Shown here piece after piece: positions 27,481 to 36,811 of a stretch of 62,525 bases of DNA (positions are counted from its first letter, which is position 1; every line of letters starts with the position of its first letter). The DNA lies in the NCBI GenBank assembly GCA_016182555.1, contig JACPGJ010000005.1:1-62525 (forward strand), in the 5' to 3' direction. The position numbers and the translations under genes are program-made. Source of the DNA: Candidatus Kerfeldbacteria bacterium (GTDB lineage Bacteria; Patescibacteriota; Patescibacteriia; UBA9570; XYC2-FULL-38-9). The notes under the pieces are model-generated. The model saw only the letters and a program-made list of their open reading frames with translations. It was not told where the DNA came from and made no database searches.

Positions 27481-28171
27481 TCGATCACAAACCACCATGA
27501 TGAATGTGGTGCGGGAGTATTGCCAGCATCTTTTTTTATCACATCTCTATAAACAGCCGGGATCAGAAAAATTGCTCTTTAAGGGCGGTACGGCGCTTCG
27601 TATTGTTTTTGGGAGTCCACGATATTCTGAAGATTTAGATTTTACTGGTACAAACATTACGGAGCGAGAAATAGAAGATATTTTTACTGATACCTTGGCG
27701 AGTGTAGAAAAAACCGGTATACAGGTGACGCTAGAGGAAGGTCAACCAACGAGTGGTGGCTATATTGGCATTATGTCGTTCAATGCATACGAAAAAACCA
27801 TGCCAATACAAATTGAAATTTCGCTGCGGAAGGGTCGACCAGTAAAAGGCACCGTTGCGCTTATTGATAATGAGTATATTCCAGCATACACCCTGGTGCA
27901 TTTATCCAAGGAATCCATTGTGGAGGGAAAGATGCAAGCCCTTATCAATCGCCATAAACCAAGGGATTTTTATGATTATTTCTTTTTATTGTCGGGCAAT
28001 TATCCATTGGTGAAAGAAAAAAAGAATCTCACTATTGTTCAGCAGCTACTTGATGAAACAAAAATTAATTTCCGAAGCGAATTGAGAGAATTTCTCCCTG
28101 CCAGTCACTCCATGCACTTACGCGATTTTAAGAAGGTATTGGAACAGAAAATTAGCATTTTCCTTGGGTAA
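27434..28171 (+). CDS. abiEii: AbiEii/AbiGii-family nucleotidyltransferase toxin (DUF1814), copy 1
   Basis: LLFKGGTALRIVFGSPRYSEDLDFTG is the hallmark GGTAL...R.SEDLDF motif. Overlaps the abiEi 3' end. Confidence 0.85.
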   Translation: MTIYMLHIKNLEQFTDRSQTTMMNVVREYCQHLFLSHLYKQPGSEKLLFKGGTALRIVFGSPRYSEDLDFTGTNITEREIEDIFTDTLASVEKTGIQVTLEEGQPTSGGYIGIMSFNAYEKTMPIQIEISLRKGRPVKGTVALIDNEYIPAYTLVHLSKESIVEGKMQALINRHKPRDFYDYFFLLSGNYPLVKEKKNLTIVQQLLDETKINFRSELREFLPASHSMHLRDFKKVLEQKISIFLG

Positions 28172-28275
28172 ATAAGCGATTCCATTTTTCATTTTGAAGA
28201 AGTCGTGATTTTGTATCATCCCGCTCAGCTCTTGCAAGAATGCGTACATGCTGTATGATGCGAGGGCAATATATT

Positions 28276-29568
28276 ATGGACAGTGAAATATCGTTGTTGA
28301 TCGTATTGGTTATTTTATCAGGGCTATTTTCAGGCGCAGAGATCGCTTTTTTTTCTTTATCTGAAGCAAAGGTTCATGCGTTAATGCAGCAGGGTCGCAA
28401 GCGAGCCAAATTACTGGCGTATATAAAAAAAGATCCTCAAAAGTTACTCATTACTATTTCTATTGCTGATAATATTTCTGATATTGGTGCTTCGGCACTC
28501 GCAACAGCAGTGGCGATTGAAAAATTTGGCTCTGTGGGCATTGGCATCGCAACGGGTATCATGACGTTGGTTATTATGTTTTTTGGGGAAATTATTCCCA
28601 AATCTGTGGCGCAAAAAAATGCCGCATCCATTGCTCTGGCTGCTGCGCCAATGGTTCGGTTATTGATGATTATGCTCTATCCAGTTGTGTGGTTGATGAA
28701 CCATCTTTCTTCTTTTTTTCAGCGATTATTAGGCGTGCATCAACAAGAAAGTAGTATTTCGGAAGATGAGGTGAAGGCGATGATTCATTTAAGCCATGAA
28801 GAAGGGTCGCTGGAAGAAAATGAAAAAGAGATGATTGAAAATGTATTTTTGCTCAACGACATTTCCGCAGAAGATGTGATGACTCCAGCCGAATATATTA
28901 TTGGTTTCGATGCAGACACCACATTGCGTGAAGCGATGTCTATTATGTATGAATCTGGACATTCTCGCTTTCCGATTTATTCTGTGGGTGAAAGTGATGT
29001 CCAGGGTGTGTTATATCTGAAAGATGTTTTTCGACAACTTTCTGAAGTGCAAAAAACTCATTCAGACGGGCAAAATAAAAAAACAATGGAAGAGGTGCTA
29101 GCGCAACGGGTATCAAGCTTAGAAAAACCACCGGTCTTTGTGCCTGAGACGATGCATGCCGATGATTTGCTAAAAGATTTTCAGCAACGTCGCGTGCATT
29201 TGGCCATTGTTGTTGATGAATATGGTGCCGTGCAAGGATTGGTGACGTTAGAAGATTTACTAGAGGAATTGGTTGGTGAAATTATTGATGAAACAGACGT
29301 GGACACCGAAATGATTGAGCGTATTGACAAGCAAACGATTATTGTAGATCCGCGAGTGAGCATTGGCCAAGTGAATGATTTTTTTCGTGTGAGTTTGAAG
29401 GGTAGCCGTCAAAAAACAGTGGGGTGGTTGATTTTGAAACATTTTGGTCGCATTCCTCAAACAGGTGAAAGTGAACGCATTGCCGACTGTGATTTTGTGA
29501 TTGAAGAAGCTGAAGATCATCGGGTGAAACGGATTCGGATTGTGAAAACTATTCGGGCGAATAAATAA
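28276..29568 (+). CDS. CNNM/HlyC-CorC family transporter (DUF21-CBS-CorC_HlyC)
   Basis: ATG 28276 within the track ORF. N-terminal DUF21 TM region (LSGLFSGAEIAFFSL), CBS pair, C-terminal CorC domain. Confidence 0.85.
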   Translation: MDSEISLLIVLVILSGLFSGAEIAFFSLSEAKVHALMQQGRKRAKLLAYIKKDPQKLLITISIADNISDIGASALATAVAIEKFGSVGIGIATGIMTLVIMFFGEIIPKSVAQKNAASIALAAAPMVRLLMIMLYPVVWLMNHLSSFFQRLLGVHQQESSISEDEVKAMIHLSHEEGSLEENEKEMIENVFLLNDISAEDVMTPAEYIIGFDADTTLREAMSIMYESGHSRFPIYSVGESDVQGVLYLKDVFRQLSEVQKTHSDGQNKKTMEEVLAQRVSSLEKPPVFVPETMHADDLLKDFQQRRVHLAIVVDEYGAVQGLVTLEDLLEELVGEIIDETDVDTEMIERIDKQTIIVDPRVSIGQVNDFFRVSLKGSRQKTVGWLILKHFGRIPQTGESERIADCDFVIEEAEDHRVKRIRIVKTIRANK

Positions 29569-29665
29569 ATTTTTTCATGGTTTGGTTAAGGAATTTAGAG
29601 CCGAGTTGTCTTCTTTTTGCTCTGTGTTACAATAGTTTTACCATACAGATTATTAACTTATATTT

Positions 29666-29989
29666 ATGGCAAAAGAAGTGACCGATAGTACATTTCAAGG
29701 GGAAGTGCTCGAAGCAAAAGAGCCCGTGTTAGTCGATTTTTGGGCACCGTGGTGTGGACCGTGCCGAGTGCTTGGACCCATTGTGGAAGAGCTGGCAAAA
29801 GATAATGAAGGCAAACCGGTAAAGATTGTCAAAATGAATATTGATGAAAATAATGATACACCCAGCAAGTACGGAGTGATGAGTATTCCTACTTTGATTT
29901 TTTTCAAAGGTGGACAGCCAGTAGACCAGATGGTTGGTGTACAAGATAAAACAGTGTTGCAGCAAAAATTGAATGAGTTGGCTGGATAA
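29666..29989 (+). CDS. trxA: thioredoxin
   Basis: VDFWAPWCGPCR active site. 107 aa. Confidence 0.95.
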   Translation: MAKEVTDSTFQGEVLEAKEPVLVDFWAPWCGPCRVLGPIVEELAKDNEGKPVKIVKMNIDENNDTPSKYGVMSIPTLIFFKGGQPVDQMVGVQDKTVLQQKLNELAG

Positions 29990-30001
29990 GCTTAAACGAT
30001 C

Positions 30002-30979
30002 ATGAAAGACTCCAGCGGACAAGAAAAGATATATGATGTCATTATCGTTGGTGGGGCCGCCGCTGGTTTAACTGCGGCGTTGTATTGTGCTCGCCGAACA
30101 TTACATACATTGGTGCTGACGAAGTCGCTGGGCGGGCAGGCGGCGATGACTCCGGCGATTGAAAATTATCCTGGGACAAAAAAAATTGCAGGCGTGGATT
30201 TAATGTTACAATTTCAAAATCATGCCAAGTCGTATGGTGCGCAGTTTGCCTATGAAACAGTGACATCCCTGACGAAAGAAAAAGAGGTGTTCACCGTGAA
30301 AACCACAACCGGACAGTACATGGCACGCGCAGTCATTTTAGCGTTTGGGTTAACACCGCGAAATTTAGAGGTGCCCGGTGAACAGGGGTTACAAGGCAAG
30401 GGTGTGGTCTATTGCGCCACCTGTGATGCGCCATTATTTAAAGGAAAAGATGTTGCGGTGGTGGGTGGCACATTTGAAGCGTTGGATGCGGCGTTGTTAC
30501 TCGCACGTATGCATTGCCGTGTGACACTGGTTCATGAAAAAGATGGCTATCCGACACACAAAAAATTATTTGAACAAGTGCAGCAGAATCCACAAATTCA
30601 GTTGCGGATGAATTCCGCGGTGGTGCGTGTGGAGGGAACACAAAAAGTGGAAGCAGTTGTGATTCATGGAAAGGAAGCTGCGGAAGAAGAGCGTATTCCC
30701 GTCGCTGGCGTATTTGTCGAGAAAGGACATAAAATTGATTCGGCTTGGGTTGGCGACTTAGTAGAATTTGATAAACAGAAAGCGATATTGATTAGTCTGA
30801 ATAACGAAACAAAAACACCGGGGTTATTTGCCGCGGGAGATGTAACGCCATTGCGTGATAAACAGGTGGTGATCTCTGCTGGTGAGGGTGCTAAAGCCGC
30901 ATTGTCCGCCTATCATTATTTACAAAAGCAATCGGGTAAACCAGTGTTGCTGGTTGATTGGAAACATTCGGAGGAGTAA
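30002..30979 (+). CDS. trxB: thioredoxin-disulfide reductase
   Basis: VIIVGGAAAGLTAA FAD motif, CATCD redox centre, GGTFEALD NADPH motif. Confidence 0.9.
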   Translation: MKDSSGQEKIYDVIIVGGAAAGLTAALYCARRTLHTLVLTKSLGGQAAMTPAIENYPGTKKIAGVDLMLQFQNHAKSYGAQFAYETVTSLTKEKEVFTVKTTTGQYMARAVILAFGLTPRNLEVPGEQGLQGKGVVYCATCDAPLFKGKDVAVVGGTFEALDAALLLARMHCRVTLVHEKDGYPTHKKLFEQVQQNPQIQLRMNSAVVRVEGTQKVEAVVIHGKEAAEEERIPVAGVFVEKGHKIDSAWVGDLVEFDKQKAILISLNNETKTPGLFAAGDVTPLRDKQVVISAGEGAKAALSAYHYLQKQSGKPVLLVDWKHSEE

Positions 30980-30999
30980 TAATCCACTACCTTTTTTGT

Positions 31000-32238
31000 A
31001 TGGCAAATCCATTTCGACAAGCGATGCAGCAGTTAGAGCATGCGGCAGGGTATATACAACTGCATCCCGATATTCTTGAGCGATTAAAAAAACCGATGCG
31101 TGAGATGCAAGCGGCGATTCCGGTACGTATGGACGATGGGGCGCTTCATGTGTTTTCTGGATACCGGGTGCAATATGATAATTCACGCGGTCCATTTAAG
31201 GGCGGTATTCGTTTTCATCCAAAAACAAACCCAGATGAAGTGCGTGCGCTAGCTTTTTGGATGACCATGAAATGTGCAACTGTCGGCATTCCGTATGGCG
31301 GTGGAAAAGGCGGCGTAACCGTGGACCCAAAAAAACTTTCACAACGTGAGTTGGAGATGTTATCTCGTGGCTGGGTGAGAGCGATGCGTGATATGGTGGG
31401 AGTAGATACGGATATTCCAGCGCCAGATGTGTATACGAATCCAAAAGTGATGGGATGGATGATGGATGAATATGAACAGCTCGTGGGCCATCATGAGCCA
31501 GGCATGATTACTGGAAAACCGATATCTATTGGTGGGTCTGCTGGGCGTGGGACAGCGACGGCGCAAGGTGGGATATATGTGACCGAGCAATTGTTGAAGA
31601 AGTTGAACATTCAACGACCACGAATTATTGTACAGGGCTTTGGAAATGCGGGCGCAGTATATGCAAGTCTCGCGGCCGAACACGGGTGGCGTGTGGTTGG
31701 GGTCTCAGATTCAAAAGGAGCACTGTATAATGAAAAAGGACTTGATGTGGAATTGCTGGCAAAACACAAATTACAAACCGGAAGCGTTGCAGGATTTTTT
31801 ACGGGTGCAGCCAAAACAATGACGAATGAAAAATTATTATTGCAGCCCTGCGATCTATTGGTGCCAGCAGCGCTGGAAGGTGTATTGACGTCTATCAATG
31901 CTGGTCGAGTAAAAGCTCGGGCAGTTGTGGAATTAGCCAATGGTCCCACCACCCCAGAAGCTGATGAAAAATTATTCAAAAAAGGTGTGGTCGTGGTACC
32001 AGATATTCTGGCTAATGCTGGTGGCGTGACGGTGTCTTATTTTGAATGGGTACAAAATCGAATGGGGTATTATTGGGCTGAACAAGAAGTGTTTGATAGG
32101 TTGCGTCCAATGATGATACAAGCGTTTACAGACGTGTGGAATCAATCAAAAAAATATTCTTGTGATATGCGTACTGGTGCGTATATTCACAGTTTGGCTC
32201 GCATTGCGGAAGCGATGCAAGACCGTGGGCGTATTTAA
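31000..32238 (+). CDS. Glu/Leu/Phe/Val dehydrogenase family (glutamate dehydrogenase-like)
   Basis: ATG 31000 within the track ORF. GPFKGGIRFHP, IPYGGGKGGV (catalytic Lys region), VQGFGNAG Rossmann motif. Confidence 0.9.
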   Translation: MANPFRQAMQQLEHAAGYIQLHPDILERLKKPMREMQAAIPVRMDDGALHVFSGYRVQYDNSRGPFKGGIRFHPKTNPDEVRALAFWMTMKCATVGIPYGGGKGGVTVDPKKLSQRELEMLSRGWVRAMRDMVGVDTDIPAPDVYTNPKVMGWMMDEYEQLVGHHEPGMITGKPISIGGSAGRGTATAQGGIYVTEQLLKKLNIQRPRIIVQGFGNAGAVYASLAAEHGWRVVGVSDSKGALYNEKGLDVELLAKHKLQTGSVAGFFTGAAKTMTNEKLLLQPCDLLVPAALEGVLTSINAGRVKARAVVELANGPTTPEADEKLFKKGVVVVPDILANAGGVTVSYFEWVQNRMGYYWAEQEVFDRLRPMMIQAFTDVWNQSKKYSCDMRTGAYIHSLARIAEAMQDRGRI

Positions 32239-32252
32239 AAATAAAGAATGTT

Positions 32253-32720
32253 ATGTCAACAGAGATTGAAAAACATAAAAATCCATACGATATTTTAATG
32301 AACATTATTCAAGATGCTGCTGCAGCAACTCAACAAGACGAATCCAGAAAATTTCCAGAATTGTTTTTGCAAAAATTAGAAGAGGCTTATGGACAAGATC
32401 GAGATGAAATAGAAAAATTATTTGTCGATGCTTTTACTGCTGGAAAGGAGCAAGGAGTAGAACTTTTTGTACTTAAACATTTATGGGTTTTGCCAATGGA
32501 TGAAATATCAAAAAGTCGATTGCTTACGGCTTGTTTACTTAAAGAGAAAGAGGGTCGAATACGCCAATACATTTCTGCAATATTTGATATTAACGAGAGA
32601 GATGAACGCTCACACATAGAAAAAGTAAAAGAAGCCGGCAAGGTGTTTGGTCGGGTTGATCGTATGCGCACAAAAATGAAAAAAGAACGCGGTATACGTA
32701 TTATTCCGGTGAAAAAATAA
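32253..32720 (+). CDS. hypothetical protein (155 aa)
   Basis: Clean ORF. No motif recognised. Confidence 0.45.
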   Translation: MSTEIEKHKNPYDILMNIIQDAAAATQQDESRKFPELFLQKLEEAYGQDRDEIEKLFVDAFTAGKEQGVELFVLKHLWVLPMDEISKSRLLTACLLKEKEGRIRQYISAIFDINERDERSHIEKVKEAGKVFGRVDRMRTKMKKERGIRIIPVKK

Positions 32721-32735
32721 AATAGTTGTACGTAT

Positions 32736-33551
32736 TTATACCCATTCACGTTCAGCTGTTTGCAAACCGGTGTTTTTTGAAATATCGAACCATTTGCCTT
32801 GAAATGGATATCCAATAAGGTAGCCAGTTTTTGCCACTTGCGGAAGAACATCTTTTTCCAGTGAGACCGCATCGCTTGTTAAATATTCAAAAATTTCTGG
32901 TTCAAATACATAAATACCGGCGTTCACCAAACCATGTTTGCTATCTTCGCCGGGTTTTTCAACATATTCGACAATTTTGTTTCCCTCCATGCGTGCCACA
33001 CCATAATGTTCCGGAGATTTTTTATATGTTAACGCGACTGTTCCCACAGCTTCTGATTGTCGATGGTGCTCTACATAATCACTTAAATTGATATCTGCCA
33101 AAACGTCACTATAGAGTAATAAAAATGTTTGATGAATGAGTGGTTTGACGAGAGTGAGTGTCGAACCAGTGCCTTCAGCATGCGGTCCCTGTACATATTC
33201 GACATGCAACCCCCACTGTTTTCCGTCGCCAATATATTCACGCAACGGTGTACCATATTCATCTACGACAAAAATGATATTTCGAATACCGTGGTTTTTG
33301 AGCATATCAAAAATATATCCGATGATTGGTCGGTGACGTATTTGTGTGAGCGTATGTACGGTGTGCGCTGTATCAGCACCCGCAAAAATGACCGCTTGCT
33401 CAATACCTAAACCGAGGTGTTGCCCTAAAATATATTCAATGGCATGGGATCGGTTGCGTATGCGTTCTCCATCTACAAATTTATCGAGCAATGGAAGCAG
33501 GTCTTTGCGTAGTGTAATAGTAATGCGGTCTTTTCCATTGTTTTTCTCCAT
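32736..33551 (-). CDS. ribbon-helix-helix (CopG-like) domain fused to a sugar-phosphate nucleotidyltransferase domain
   Basis: ATG at 33551 preferred. KDRITITLRKDLLPLLDKFVDGERIRNRSHAIEYIL looks RHH-like. The rest follows the NTP_transferase pattern (AEGTGSTL, LLLYSDVL, GVARMEGNKIVEYVEKP, VNAGIYVF), but the N-terminal GGxGTRL loop is AGADTAHT. Confidence 0.55.
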   Translation of the reverse strand: MEKNNGKDRITITLRKDLLPLLDKFVDGERIRNRSHAIEYILGQHLGLGIEQAVIFAGADTAHTVHTLTQIRHRPIIGYIFDMLKNHGIRNIIFVVDEYGTPLREYIGDGKQWGLHVEYVQGPHAEGTGSTLTLVKPLIHQTFLLLYSDVLADINLSDYVEHHRQSEAVGTVALTYKKSPEHYGVARMEGNKIVEYVEKPGEDSKHGLVNAGIYVFEPEIFEYLTSDAVSLEKDVLPQVAKTGYLIGYPFQGKWFDISKNTGLQTAEREWV

Positions 33552-33688
33552 ATATCCATAGTACTGGGCGAGGACTGCAATTGTCAACCCAAGTACCGCG
33601 TTCAATTTTTGCTTGTTCTTTCGACCATAAAAATTGTATAGTAGTATCGTTCGGTTTTCTCTTGATTATAAAAATACGTTTAGTTGGT

Positions 33689-34300
33689 ATGTCATTATCA
33701 CATGAAGAGGCATTGATGGCCGAAGGAATACAGTTTATGGCCGGTATTGATGAGGCTGGGCGTGGCACATGGGCTGGTCCGGTGGTAGCAGCGGCAGTCA
33801 TTATGCCTTCGTCTACGCTGGCTGCGCGCATTGTTGGCATTGCGGATTCGAAAACGTTGTCCCCTAAAAAACGTGAACGGCTTGCTGTGGAAATTCGTGC
33901 GGTGGCGGTTGCCGTGGGTATTGGCAGTGCGTCGCATGCAGAAATTGATGCGATTGGTATTGCGCCGGCAAACCGGTTGGCGATGGTGCGTGCAGTGGAA
34001 GCCTTGGGTATAGTACCCGAACACCTGCTCATTGACGCATTTTTTTTACCAGAATTGTCGCACATTCCTCAAACACCGATTATTCGTGGAGACGCCACGG
34101 TGTATTCTATTGGTGCGGCGTCAATTATCGCAAAAGTGACCCGTGATCAGATGATGCAAAAATTTCATGAAGAATTTCCAGCGTATGGATTTAATGAACA
34201 CAAAGGATACGGTACGGCTGCTCATCGTACAGCATTGGAACGGTATGGGTTGTGTTTGATTCACCGCCGAACTTTTCACCCAATGAAGACAATGATATGA
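33689..34300 (+). CDS. rnhB: ribonuclease HII
   Basis: ATG 33689 within the track ORF. GIDEAGRGTWAGPVVAAAV, DSKTLSPKKRE, ASIIAKVTRD. Confidence 0.9.
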   Translation: MSLSHEEALMAEGIQFMAGIDEAGRGTWAGPVVAAAVIMPSSTLAARIVGIADSKTLSPKKRERLAVEIRAVAVAVGIGSASHAEIDAIGIAPANRLAMVRAVEALGIVPEHLLIDAFFLPELSHIPQTPIIRGDATVYSIGAASIIAKVTRDQMMQKFHEEFPAYGFNEHKGYGTAAHRTALERYGLCLIHRRTFHPMKTMI

Positions 34301-34303
34301 TGC

Positions 34304-34864
34304 ATGTATATGGAAGGAATGAATCAAGATAATCTGTTTGATGCGGCTGCTTTGCTCAAGCGTGCGGGCGTGCAAGAAGGCATGACCGTGGCCGATTGTG
34401 GTGTTGGCCGAACGGCAGCGGTGACTCTTGCTGCTGCTCAGCTTGTTGGTGAGCGTGGTGTGGTGTATGCGTGTGATGTCGTTCGTAGTGTGTTAGATGT
34501 TGTGAAAGCCAAAGTGGAATTAGCGCACGCGGGTAATGTACGTTTGGTGTGGACGGACTTAGAGGTGTACCGTGCCGCGAAACAAATTATTGATGAATCG
34601 GTTGATGTCGTCGTTCTTGCAGATACGTTGTCCCAATCGCAGCGGCGGGCGGCCATGTTGCATGAGTGCGCGCGTATGGTTAAGCCTGGTGGAACATTGC
34701 TGGTGGTTGAGTGGAAGCCAGATCAAACTGTGCTGGGACCGAAAGTAGAACATCGGCTGTATACAGAAGAACTTAAACCGATTGCCGAATTGAATCGGCT
34801 GGAGATACTTGAAGAATTTGAAGCTGGGGAGTATCATTGGGGGGCGTTATTACACAAGCGGTAG
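34304..34864 (+). CDS. class I SAM-dependent methyltransferase-like protein
   Basis: VADCGVGRTAAVT (motif I-like), VYACDV, VVVLADTL, VKPGGTLLVVEW. Confidence 0.6.
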   Translation: MYMEGMNQDNLFDAAALLKRAGVQEGMTVADCGVGRTAAVTLAAAQLVGERGVVYACDVVRSVLDVVKAKVELAHAGNVRLVWTDLEVYRAAKQIIDESVDVVVLADTLSQSQRRAAMLHECARMVKPGGTLLVVEWKPDQTVLGPKVEHRLYTEELKPIAELNRLEILEEFEAGEYHWGALLHKR

Positions 34865-34914
34865 CGCAGGACAGGAATATTTTTTGTATACTCTCCCCTG
34901 ACGGGGATTTTTTT

Positions 34915-35298
34915 ATGACTAGACAAACCATGGGAGCGGTGGGAGAAGAAGTTGTTGTGCGTGCTCTGAAGCGGCGCGGTTTTGATATTCTGGGGCGAAA
35001 TTTGCATACCCGTTCTGGAGAGATTGATATTTTGGCGCTGGAAGATGGAGCCGGCAAGCGTGTGCTGCATGTCATAGAAGTAAAAACACGTCGTGGTGAA
35101 TTTTTTGGTGGTGTAGAAACAGCACTCACCCGAACAAAGTTTCAAAAAATGAAACTGGCGTTGTATGAGTTGCAGGAAAAAATGGATTTGCCGTCAGTGA
35201 GCGTGGTGCAATTTGATTTTGCGGCACTCGAGGTTGTTTCCGGCAAACAGGTTCGTCTAAAATGGTTTTGGAATATTGGTGGAGATGATTTCCATTGA
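34915..35298 (+). CDS. yraN: YraN family protein (UPF0102, PD-(D/E)xK endonuclease-like)
   Basis: ATG 34915 within the track ORF. GAVGEEVVVRALKRRGFDILGRNLHTRSGEIDILA...HVIEVKTRRG is the YraN signature. Usual position after rnhB. Confidence 0.85.
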   Translation: MTRQTMGAVGEEVVVRALKRRGFDILGRNLHTRSGEIDILALEDGAGKRVLHVIEVKTRRGEFFGGVETALTRTKFQKMKLALYELQEKMDLPSVSVVQFDFAALEVVSGKQVRLKWFWNIGGDDFH

Positions 35299-35329
35299 AA
35301 TTTTTTGTCCCACTCGGAAATTGTACAAT

Positions 35330-35368
35330 AAAAAAAGAGGCCAACAAGTGATGTGCTCACTGCTGGCC
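35330..35368 (-). terminator. rho-independent terminator of the radical SAM gene (minus strand)
   Basis: Imperfect hairpin GGCCAACAAGTGA..TCACTGCTGGCC (35339-35368), followed on the minus strand by a T-run (plus-strand A-run 35330-35336). Confidence 0.6.
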
Positions 35369-35397
35369 TGGTGTGTTGCAGCGGATATAAAGACATA

Positions 35398-36702
35398 TCA
35401 AACCGCGAATGTCTCATATAGCTGCATCACCCGAGCGTTGAACTCGGCAGTAAACACTGCCGGCTTTGCCAGGCACCCCACGTTGACTTGCGCGGGTTGG
35501 CTGTAGTTGCGGGTCTGCTGCCAGGCCCACACAATGCCGTTTTGGAGTAACTGCTCCGGCGTGACAGTGTCTTGCCACTCCGTGTGGTCTGCACCCGGGC
35601 AGCGCAGCAACTGACCGGTTTCCCGAATCAGGAGCCCGCTGCAGAGTTGTGCGCAGTGGGCGATTCCCGCATACGGTGCTGGGCCGTGTTTCTGAAAATA
35701 ATCTTCAGAAATGAGCCCACGCTGCACTGAATAGCGGTGTGCCTGTGCATAGTACTGCGCAAACTGTTCCATGAACTCGTTGTTGAGTCCACGGTATAGC
35801 TTGCCTCCGCAGCCACTCTGCATGGAGGTTGTCGAGCACACCGGAATACCGCGATCGGTGAAGTATTTGAAGATTTCAAATGCTTCACCGATGGTTTCGT
35901 GTGTTATTGGTGTGTTGATGAGCATGAGCCGCCCAGGTCGGCCGCGCCCAATCTCCGCTTGCACGAAATACTTGTGCAACAGCTGAAGAGCCCGCGTCTG
36001 TACACGCTTGTAGTCGCCGGTGTAGTCTGTCTTTCCGGCAAACCCACCGCGAACAAGGTGGTTCGTCACCCAGTCATCAAACGAGCGAAAGTTGTAGAGT
36101 ATCCGCAAATTTGTATAACAGGCAAGCCGCTCCACAAACTGCTCTGCGGTGTGCAGCCCCTGCGAGCCGAAGAACTGTTCCACCTCGCAATCGTCGCCAA
36201 GCATCGGGTCTTTTGCAAATATATTCAAAAAAATGCCGAGCTGTGCGAAGCGATCCAGGTGAGCAAACAGTTCCTTGTCACGAAGAAACTCCGTGGGTCC
36301 CAGATACTTTAACGTTCTGGTGCCGAGGTTTTGAACAGCTTCCTCGATCAACGCGAAAATCTGTTCAGGATACAACAGGTCTCGCCCTTGATAGAGGTTC
36401 GGCTGCTTCACGTAGCAGCCTTTACAGTTCAGCCGGCAGTTGCCCCACAGCTTCTGCACAAGCAGTGTTTCGCGCTCTTCGCTTGGAGCCGCATTATACG
36501 CGCACACCAGTTCAGCCGGCAGCCAGTTGAACTCCAATGAGAGGAGCGGACGCAGCAGCCCGTTTGGCAACACTTGCGTAAGCTCTTCAGGAGCTACCGC
36601 AATACCTTCCAGGCTCGCGTTCATCTGAACGCCGATGTCCCGAAAAGTTTGAGTGTCAGAAGAAAAAAGTGGATCTACGTGAGACAGGGGATATACTTTC
36701 AC
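35398..36702 (-). CDS. radical SAM protein, subfamily not assignable
   Basis: CX3CX2C cluster in GNCRLNCKGCY. GTG 36702 preceded by AAGGAG (plus-strand CTCCTT at 36709-36714); the track ORF extends to 36750. Additional C-terminal Cys pairs. Visibly GC-richer than its neighbours. Confidence 0.8.
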   Translation of the reverse strand: MKVYPLSHVDPLFSSDTQTFRDIGVQMNASLEGIAVAPEELTQVLPNGLLRPLLSLEFNWLPAELVCAYNAAPSEERETLLVQKLWGNCRLNCKGCYVKQPNLYQGRDLLYPEQIFALIEEAVQNLGTRTLKYLGPTEFLRDKELFAHLDRFAQLGIFLNIFAKDPMLGDDCEVEQFFGSQGLHTAEQFVERLACYTNLRILYNFRSFDDWVTNHLVRGGFAGKTDYTGDYKRVQTRALQLLHKYFVQAEIGRGRPGRLMLINTPITHETIGEAFEIFKYFTDRGIPVCSTTSMQSGCGGKLYRGLNNEFMEQFAQYYAQAHRYSVQRGLISEDYFQKHGPAPYAGIAHCAQLCSGLLIRETGQLLRCPGADHTEWQDTVTPEQLLQNGIVWAWQQTRNYSQPAQVNVGCLAKPAVFTAEFNARVMQLYETFAV

Positions 36703-36811
36703 GATATTCTCCTTGTGAAGGTTCGTCTCAAGAGTTGTTCTTGAGAACACAAAAGAATATCAGCAAAACACTTAATTGTTTATACTCATACCGACATGTT
36801 GTTAAATATTT

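Noticed and set aside
33481-34065. 194-aa ORF antisense to rnhB
   Set aside because: It is fully contained in the opposite strand of a gene with clear RNase HII motifs. The Arg/Ala/Ser-rich composition is typical of a shadow ORF in locally GC-rich DNA.
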